A program made the position numbers and the translations under genes. DNA of 64,000 nt from Chloroflexota bacterium (GTDB taxonomy: Bacteria; Chloroflexota; UBA11872; VXOZ01), in the NCBI GenBank assembly GCA_963662335.2, contig CAXXVD010000002.1, positions 576,001 to 640,000 on the forward strand. Reading direction: 5' to 3'. Positions 57,554-64,000 of this stretch are shown here, piece after piece; within the stretch, counting starts at the first letter, position 1; every line of letters starts with the position of its first letter. The notes below the pieces were generated by a model. It was given only the letters and a program-made list of their open reading frames with translations, was not told the DNA's origin and searched no databases.

Positions 57554-57946
57554 CTAGCGCGCGTTCGGGTCCGGCTGCATCATGCCGAAGAGGTTGCCTT
57601 CGGTATCCTTGGCGTAGGCCGCCCAGCCGATGCCGGGCACGGGGTGTTTGGGTTCGGTGACCACGCCGCCGTGGGCCGTGATGCGCGCCAACGCCGCGTC
57701 CAGGTCGGTGACCTGCGCCACGCACGAATAGCCGTTGACGGCGACGGCAGCCGCCGGCGGGTCGCCTTGCCGCCGCGCCAGGCCGCCGTCGATGCCGGGT
57801 TGGTCGGCGGGGCCGGTCTGGATGAGCCAGTAGTCCACGCTGCCGCCCTCCCACTTATGGAATTTCCAGCCAAACACGCCGGTGTAGAACGTCATGGCCC
57901 GCTCCGGCTCGGCGGCCTCGATTTCGAAGTGGATTATTCGTGACAC
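57554..57946 (-). CDS. VOC/glyoxalase family protein
   Basis: IHFEI...PERA..FY..VFGW, GIDGGL, GG.V...K..VPG.G..AY..DTEGN.FG; AAGGAAG RBS. Confidence 0.92.
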   Translation of the reverse strand: MSRIIHFEIEAAEPERAMTFYTGVFGWKFHKWEGGSVDYWLIQTGPADQPGIDGGLARRQGDPPAAAVAVNGYSCVAQVTDLDAALARITAHGGVVTEPKHPVPGIGWAAYAKDTEGNLFGMMQPDPNAR

Positions 57947-58088
57947 GGTTCTTCCTTTCTTGAATCGGCGCGGTAATGTGGTTTGCTAGTTGTCTGTAGC
58001 GGGACGGCAGTTGCCAAAGCTGCACTCGTAGCCTTCCAGGTCGAGCGCGCGATAACGGCGCGCCGCCGGATACCGCGGGCACGGGTGT

Positions 58089-58472
58089 CTAGTCCTTCCC
58101 AAACTTCTCCAGGAACAGCGTGTAGCCGTTTGGGGTCTGGACGCTCATTTCCCAGGAGTCCATTGCTTCCCAGTATTGCGCCGGCTGAGTGTATGGGATG
58201 CCGTGCGCTTCGCAGACGGCGATCACGTCCTTGAAACTGGATGTCTCCATTTGCCAGACGAACTTGCCGGCAAGCTGCGCGGCGTCGAAGCCGGCGCGCT
58301 CTTTCAGGCCGAACTCCACGACGCCGCTACGCAAGCCGACGAAGCCGGGAAACTCGTCGCCCTGATACGAGATTTCAAAGCCCAAGCGCTGGTAGAAGGC
58401 TACCTCCGGAGAGAGGTCATGCACGTAGAGGATCGGAACCATGCGCGGGAATTGCGGTTGCGTGCTGCTCAT
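58089..58472 (-). CDS. VOC/glyoxalase family protein
   Basis: PILYV.DL....FYQRLGF; E..V.TPNGY.L. Confidence 0.8.
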   Translation of the reverse strand: MSSTQPQFPRMVPILYVHDLSPEVAFYQRLGFEISYQGDEFPGFVGLRSGVVEFGLKERAGFDAAQLAGKFVWQMETSSFKDVIAVCEAHGIPYTQPAQYWEAMDSWEMSVQTPNGYTLFLEKFGKD

Positions 58473-58549
58473 GGCTGCCGGACTCGCGGGTGGGGCTGAA
58501 TTCGATTGCGCCGGCTGACGCGCTGGGCGGGCCGGCACACGTGGAGACT

Positions 58550-58641
58550 TGGCGGAGAGGGTGGGATTCGAACCCACGACGCCCTTTTGGGGGCGTAATC
58601 GTTTTCGAGACGATCTCCTTCAACCACTCGGACACCTCTCC
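58550..58641 (-). tRNA. tRNA-Ser (CGA)
   Basis: GGAGAGG acceptor stem; ATCGT-CTCGAAA-ACGAT anticodon arm; long variable arm; GGTTCGAATCC; GCCA end. Confidence 0.96.
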
Positions 58642-58707
58642 AAGGGTGGCTGATCAATTAATACGATAGCGAAACGGGGCGCGGGGTACAACCCCGTAAC
58701 CGGGCGG

Positions 58708-59502
58708 TCAGCGGCGTGGCGGCGGTGGCGCGGGCGGTTCGCGGTCAGGCGGGCGCCATTGACCGGCCTCGGCCTGACGCGCCAGAGTGTTGATCGGATC
58801 GTCGGTTTCTTCCTGCGAGGGGCTCCAGCGGGAGAGGACGCCGTCGCTCATCGTAAACGTCTCGTCGGCGATGTCGCGCACCGAGAGGTCGTGGGTGGCC
58901 ATGACGACGGTGACGCCTTCCTGCCGCACGATGCGCGAGAAGAGGAGCATCATCTGCAGGCCGGTCACGCTGTCCAGGTCTCCCGTAGGCTCGTCGGCTA
59001 GCAGCAAGGCGGGGGTGTTGGCCAGGGCGCGGGCAATCGCCACGCGGCCTTGCTCGCCGCCGGAAAGCTCGAACGGCCGGTGGCTGGCGCGCTTGCTCAG
59101 GCCCACCAGGTCCAGGAGTTCAAGCGCCCGTTGGTGGCGCTGGCGCGCGCCCATACCGGCGATGCGCATCGGCAATTCCACGTTCTCGTAAGCGGAGAGC
59201 ACCGGCAGCAGCGCAAAGGCCTGGAAGATGAAGCCGATCTTGTGCCGCCGCAGCATGGTGAGCTCGCGGTCGCTCATTTGGCGCGTGTCGTTGTCCATGA
59301 TCTTGATCATGCCGGCGGTGGGGCGGTCTAAGCCGCCAACCATGTTGAGCAGGGTGGTCTTGCCGCTGCCGGAGCGCCCTTGCAACGCGATGAAGCGGCC
59401 GGGAGCTATGCTCCAGTTGGCTTCGCGCACGGCGTACACGTCCTCGCGGCCCACGTGATAGACCCGGGAGACGCCTTCCGCCAGGGTAATGGGTTCTGCC
59501 AT
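58708..59502 (-). CDS. ABC ATP-binding protein (LolD/MacB type)
   Basis: GRSGSGKTT, GFIFQ, LSGGEQ, LADEPTG, ATHD. Confidence 0.95.
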   Translation of the reverse strand: MAEPITLAEGVSRVYHVGREDVYAVREANWSIAPGRFIALQGRSGSGKTTLLNMVGGLDRPTAGMIKIMDNDTRQMSDRELTMLRRHKIGFIFQAFALLPVLSAYENVELPMRIAGMGARQRHQRALELLDLVGLSKRASHRPFELSGGEQGRVAIARALANTPALLLADEPTGDLDSVTGLQMMLLFSRIVRQEGVTVVMATHDLSVRDIADETFTMSDGVLSRWSPSQEETDDPINTLARQAEAGQWRPPDREPPAPPPPRR

Positions 59503-59572
59503 GACGCCGATTTTGCCTCTTCTCTTGCTACTGTGCGGACACGGCGGCACTGCCGGGCGCGCGGCCGGCGGT

Positions 59573-60514
59573 CTAGCGGCGCAAGAGACCCCGCAGGCCG
59601 CGCTTCTCCTCTTCCTCGTCGGAAGACGTATACGCCGGTTTCACGACGATGCCGTCATCCGACACTTCCACAATCGCGCGGTCGCGGATGCCGAATTGCT
59701 CCAGGTACTCTTGCGGAATCTGGAGGCGGCCGGCGGAGTCGAGCACCACGTACTCGTCGTGGCTGATTTCTTCCTCACCCTGGTCCAGACTGATGCGCCG
59801 GACCGTCTCGGTGCTGGTGCGGCCGTCGCGGATTTGGACCACCCGGTCTACGCGAAAGGCGACGTTCGGGTCGTGGCTCACGATGATGATGGTGGTGCCG
59901 TACTCCGCGTTGATGCGGCGAAAGGTGTCGTAGATGGTGCTGGCCGTCTGGGTATCCACCTCACCGGTGGGCTCGTCCGCCAGCAGCAGCGGCGGGGAGT
60001 GCGCCAGCGAGATGGAGATGGCGACGCGCTGCTGCTCGCCGCCGGAGAGTTGGCCCACGCGGTGGCGCAGGCGGTGTCCCAGCCCCACGGCTTCCAGCAA
60101 CTCCGTGGCTTTGGCTTCCCGCTTCCTGGTGGACATGCCGGCGATGATCAGCGGCATCTGGACGTTTTCCAGCGCCGTGAGGTAGGGAATCAGGTTGCGC
60201 GAACTCTGCTGCCACACGAACCCCACCATGTAGCGCTTATACCAGACCAGGTCGGTGTCGGAGAGCTTGATCAAGTTCAGGCCGCCGACGGTCAAGTTGC
60301 CGGCGCTGGGCCGGTCCAGGCCGCCGAGCGTATTGAGGAGCGTGGACTTGCCGCTGCCGGAGTTGCCGATGATGGCCATGATCTCGCCGCTGGCCACCTC
60401 CAGGTCAAGCCCCTGCAAGGCGACGACCTCGAGGTCGGCGACCTTGTAGATCTTGACGAGGTTGTCGCAGAAGATGAACCGCTCGCCGCGTTTTGGGAGT
60501 TCCGGGAACTTCAT
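59573..60514 (-). CDS. ABC ATP-binding protein (LolD/MacB type) with C-terminal AbrB-like extension
   Basis: [27 protein letters not shown]; tail [13 protein letters not shown]....GI....VE....IVVKP. Confidence 0.93.
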   Translation of the reverse strand: MKFPELPKRGERFIFCDNLVKIYKVADLEVVALQGLDLEVASGEIMAIIGNSGSGKSTLLNTLGGLDRPSAGNLTVGGLNLIKLSDTDLVWYKRYMVGFVWQQSSRNLIPYLTALENVQMPLIIAGMSTRKREAKATELLEAVGLGHRLRHRVGQLSGGEQQRVAISISLAHSPPLLLADEPTGEVDTQTASTIYDTFRRINAEYGTTIIIVSHDPNVAFRVDRVVQIRDGRTSTETVRRISLDQGEEEISHDEYVVLDSAGRLQIPQEYLEQFGIRDRAIVEVSDDGIVVKPAYTSSDEEEEKRGLRGLLRR

Positions 60515-63300
60515 CCTTGCTCCTCCCCAAACTTGATCGCCTCGTGAATGCGCATGCGCGAGAGCATGGAGATGATCACGGGCACGGCGATAACGAGAAT
60601 GACGGCCAGGATGAAGTAGATCTTGGCAATGTCTTCCCAGGCGGTGACGACGACGAATGACGGGATGTTGGCGTGTTCGCCGGTCTTGATTTGGAGGAAG
60701 GGAATGAAAACCCGTCCGGCCACCACGCCGAAGATCGTGCCGATCGTCACGCCCATCACAATCAGAAAGCCTTGCTCGAAGATGTAGAGGCTAATCAACT
60801 GCCGGATGGAGAGTCCCATCGCGCGCAGGATGCCAAAGTCCTGCATCCGGCGTTGGAAGGAGAGCAGCGAGTACGTCAGGAAGCCCAAGATGGTGAGGAG
60901 GATGGCAATCAAGAAGCCGACGGTCAACATGCCAAAGACGCCGGTGCGCCGGGGGTCGTCCCGCTGGGCGATGACCTTTTCGCGGGTATCCTGGGCGCGC
61001 ACCACGATGAATTCCAGTTCGCGCAGCTTATCTTCGATCTCCTCGATGTCGGCCCCCGCCTGCGTCTTGGCCCAGACGTCATACGGCCCGAAACCGATGT
61101 TGTCGAAGATGTAGTCGAGGTTCGCCACGGCAAAGTAGTCGGTATCGGGGAACTGGGTCGGGAAGTAGTCCACCCAATCGACGATCACGAAGTCGATCTG
61201 CGTCTGGCGCAGGTTGATGCGCACCCGGTCGCCGACTTTCAGCTTGTGGTCGATCATGAAGTTGGCGCTGGCCAGGATGGCGTCGGGCTGGGCGGCGAGT
61301 TCATTCAGCAAGGTGACGAGCGAGCGATGGGCAAAGTCGGGCCGCCAGTACATGACGGTTGCGGCGTCCCAGGGGTCTATGCCGACGATTTGAATCTCCG
61401 GTGTCGCCCGGTCGGGCAGGATGGCGTTGCCCTTGCTATCCCAGAAGCGGGCAACCGCTTTCAGTTCCTCGACCTGGAGATGGTCGTAGAAGGGGGCGAT
61501 GTACCACTGCTCCAATTCTTCATCGTAGTCGCCGGACTCGTAGAACGCCATGTCCGCGCCGATGCGGTAGTAGACCGAGTCCGAGTGGTTGCGGGTGAGC
61601 GTGGCCGCGACGGAGGCGCTGAACGTGCCGATGGCGAGCGTGAGGACGAGGAGCAAGAGCAGGCTGTTGTACTGGCCCGCCGAACGGGAGATGTGGCGCA
61701 GCCCCAAGAGGATCGACACGCCCCAGAAGCGGTTGCCGACGCGGGTCACCAATTCCACGATATACGGAAAGAGCCGCACGAACAGCAGCGCCATGCCGAA
61801 CATGAAGACCGAGGGCACGATGAGCAAGAGCGGGTTGGAGAAGACGTTGCCCTCTTCTCCCAGCACGATGACCTGCCGTTGGTCTTGCAGCAGGCGGTAG
61901 CCGTAGAAGGCCAACCCGAGCAGGAGAATGTCCACGAAGAAGCGCTGCCACCAGGGCCGCCGCAGCTTGCGGGAGGCTTCCTGCTTGAAGGTGACGATGC
62001 TGTGGCGCGCCGTGGCGGCCGCGGGCATGAGCGCCGCGCCAATCGAGAGCGCAATGGCGGCCAGGGCATAGTTGAACGTGCTGCCCGTAATCGTGATGGG
62101 CAGCGGGTCGCGGCCGATGAACGTCAGGAACGTGTAGGTGCGGGCAATGAGTTGGGCCAGATAGACGCCCAGCACCGGCCCGACCACCAGCGCCAGGACG
62201 CCGATCATGCCGCCTTCCAGGAGATAGATGCCGATGATCTGCCACGTGCTGGCGCCGCGGCTCTTGAGCACCGCAATTTCGTTGCGCTGGCGGTCCACTA
62301 CCATCGAGGACGCGATGCCAATGTAGTAGAGCACGATGCCGATGATGGGCGCGGAGAGGATGAAGAGCAGGATCTTGAGGAAGAAGAGGTCGCGCAGGTA
62401 GCGCATCAGAATGTCTTCGGGAGAGATGTCAACCTTTACCTTGCCGAGTATCGTGCCCAGGTTGGAGCGAATCTCGCTGACGCCCGTGACGATGGACCGG
62501 GCGTTGCTGGCGTTGATCGCGTCCACGTCGAAGACGGAGAACCAGGTGTACTCATAGCCGATTTCTTCGTAGTCTGAGAGGATCACGTCTATGAACGTCT
62601 CATCTGGGACCATGAGTCCCTCTTTGAAGTATTGGGGATGGTAGAACCAGTAGATTTCGTTGGGGTCGTTCGGGAACCAACGCCCGACGATCTTCACTTC
62701 GATGGGTTGCGGTTCATTGTTGGGACTCATGAAGCGGACGAACAGATGGTCGCCGACTTCAGCCCCGATCGCGTCCATCTTTTCGGTCATGATGACGGCT
62801 TCGAGGTACGGGTCGCCGGACTTTGCCGGTCTGGCGTAGCGTCCTTCGAGAATGCGGACGTGTTTATCGAAGTCCGTGGCAAAGGCGATGAAGCCCCAGT
62901 CGGCGAATTGGCGCGATGAGAAGCTAAGGTCATCACCGCTTGAAAGGATGGCCATGTGCTCGGTCTGGCCGTAGCGGGTGGAGAGGAGGAGGGGGATGCC
63001 CATCTCGGTCGGCGCCGTCACCCGCATGTACTCGTCCGCTTGCTGGTATTGCAGCAGCGTGATGTTCACTTCGTTCTTGGGCTCGAACATGCGGATGAGC
63101 AGGCTGGCGCGCGGCTGCGCCTGGCGGTTTTCAGACTCGCGCAGCGCGCGGTGCAGCAGCATCTCGCTCATACCCTCGGAGTAGAGCGGCACGCTGGAAA
63201 CCAACGTGACGGTGACCACCAAGCCGAGAATAGTGGAGAAGACGATGTTGATGTTGTTGAGCAGGCGCTTGGTGACGAGGACGAGGATGGAGTAGGTCAA
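60511..63300 (-). CDS. Large FtsX/MacB-family ABC permease (two FtsX domains)
   Basis: EIAVLKSRGAS and DFGILRAMGLS coupling motifs; two large extracytoplasmic domains; AGGGG RBS before TTG. Confidence 0.9.
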   Translation of the reverse strand: MTYSILVLVTKRLLNNINIVFSTILGLVVTVTLVSSVPLYSEGMSEMLLHRALRESENRQAQPRASLLIRMFEPKNEVNITLLQYQQADEYMRVTAPTEMGIPLLLSTRYGQTEHMAILSSGDDLSFSSRQFADWGFIAFATDFDKHVRILEGRYARPAKSGDPYLEAVIMTEKMDAIGAEVGDHLFVRFMSPNNEPQPIEVKIVGRWFPNDPNEIYWFYHPQYFKEGLMVPDETFIDVILSDYEEIGYEYTWFSVFDVDAINASNARSIVTGVSEIRSNLGTILGKVKVDISPEDILMRYLRDLFFLKILLFILSAPIIGIVLYYIGIASSMVVDRQRNEIAVLKSRGASTWQIIGIYLLEGGMIGVLALVVGPVLGVYLAQLIARTYTFLTFIGRDPLPITITGSTFNYALAAIALSIGAALMPAAATARHSIVTFKQEASRKLRRPWWQRFFVDILLLGLAFYGYRLLQDQRQVIVLGEEGNVFSNPLLLIVPSVFMFGMALLFVRLFPYIVELVTRVGNRFWGVSILLGLRHISRSAGQYNSLLLLLVLTLAIGTFSASVAATLTRNHSDSVYYRIGADMAFYESGDYDEELEQWYIAPFYDHLQVEELKAVARFWDSKGNAILPDRATPEIQIVGIDPWDAATVMYWRPDFAHRSLVTLLNELAAQPDAILASANFMIDHKLKVGDRVRINLRQTQIDFVIVDWVDYFPTQFPDTDYFAVANLDYIFDNIGFGPYDVWAKTQAGADIEEIEDKLRELEFIVVRAQDTREKVIAQRDDPRRTGVFGMLTVGFLIAILLTILGFLTYSLLSFQRRMQDFGILRAMGLSIRQLISLYIFEQGFLIVMGVTIGTIFGVVAGRVFIPFLQIKTGEHANIPSFVVVTAWEDIAKIYFILAVILVIAVPVIISMLSRMRIHEAIKFGEEQG

Positions 63301-63490
63301 GGTGTATCCCCTCGCATCGGCTTACGAGTTACTGTCGAGAGTATCACAGAGAGAATGCTGCGCTTCCTGCGCGTCGCGCGTAGGAGACGTGTAGTCTGCG
63401 GTCACATGTGACCCGCCGCCTTCGATCACAAGCAAGCGTAGTCGTCGGTTCCATCAGTAGCGGCCGGCGCTCCGCAAGGCAAAACTATGG

Positions 63491-64000
63491 CTACTGTCCC
63501 TGCAGGATTACAAAGCCTTCTTCGAGACCGCTCAGGATTTCCACGTGCGTCTCGGTTTGAATGCCGATTTCCACGTTCTTGGCGCGTTTGATGTCGCCGT
63601 CCATGTATTCGACGTAGGTGCGCCGGCCGGAACGCTTGACGGACTCGATAGGCACCATGAGCACGTCATCCTTATGCTGCACGGTGATGTTGACGCGCGC
63701 CAACATGCCGATTTCCGCGCCCGCTTTCGGCCAATCCACCTCGATGCGGATGGAGCGGTCTTGGATGACGCCCTGCGTGGTAACCAGGGAGGTGGGCAGT
63801 TTCGTGATGATGCCCGTGATATTCTCGGAAGAGAAGGCGTCGAGCGTCAGGTCGGCCACTTGCTCCAGGGCCACCTTGGCCGCGTCGTCTTCGGAGAGGT
63901 CGGCGGAGATGATGAGTTTTCTGGGGTCGGCCAAGCCGATGATGGGCTGGTAGGCCGTGGCGCTCTCGCCCGCTTTGCCCTTGATGAACTGGATCACGCC
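63491..64000 (-). CDS. Membrane-fusion/periplasmic adaptor subunit (C-terminal part; 5' end outside window)
   Basis: GM.A.V.I......DVL.VP..SV, VEIGI.....VEILSGL.EG. Confidence 0.85.
   Translation of the reverse strand, partial: GVIQFIKGKAGESATAYQPIIGLADPRKLIISADLSEDDAAKVALEQVADLTLDAFSSENITGIITKLPTSLVTTQGVIQDRSIRIEVDWPKAGAEIGMLARVNITVQHKDDVLMVPIESVKRSGRRTYVEYMDGDIKRAKNVEIGIQTETHVEILSGLEEGFVILQGQ

Noticed and set aside
57554-58641. Integrative element at tRNA-Ser
   Set aside because: No integrase and no duplicated tRNA 3' end seen in the window.

Overview
GC-rich bacterial chromosomal window. A Chloroflexota-like origin is inferred from gene content and is not proven. It has about 50 supportable CDS and one tRNA-Ser(CGA). 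Housekeeping and metabolic genes include glnA, a CoxMSL-type molybdenum hydroxylase, moaA, selA, apgM, ktrAB-type K+ uptake genes, nth, prfB with its +1 frameshift, mobB and ilvBNC-leuA. Intergenic spaces carry at least 7 families of REP-like palindromes, some in mosaic or tandem arrays and one inserted in-frame in a gene. No transposase, integrase, CRISPR array, rRNA or reverse transcriptase is visible. Main items of interest: (1) an 11.5-kb, 7-gene operon with a giant 1033-aa solute-binding protein, two carbohydrate-ABC permease pairs, an NHL-TPR-Yip1 fusion and a DUF5696-like protein with an internal TM hairpin, but no ATPase; it may be linked to a MacB/FtsX-type system with two ATPases at the window end; (2) two tandem lipoproteins made only of four Cache domains; (3) two promoter-led structured RNA candidates at 15.6 kb and 44.8 kb, the second with a 22-aa sORF; (4) an unannotated Leu/Val/Ile leader-peptide attenuator whose first downstream gene is an unknown membrane protein rather than ilvB. 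All family assignments come from motif recognition by eye; no searches were run.
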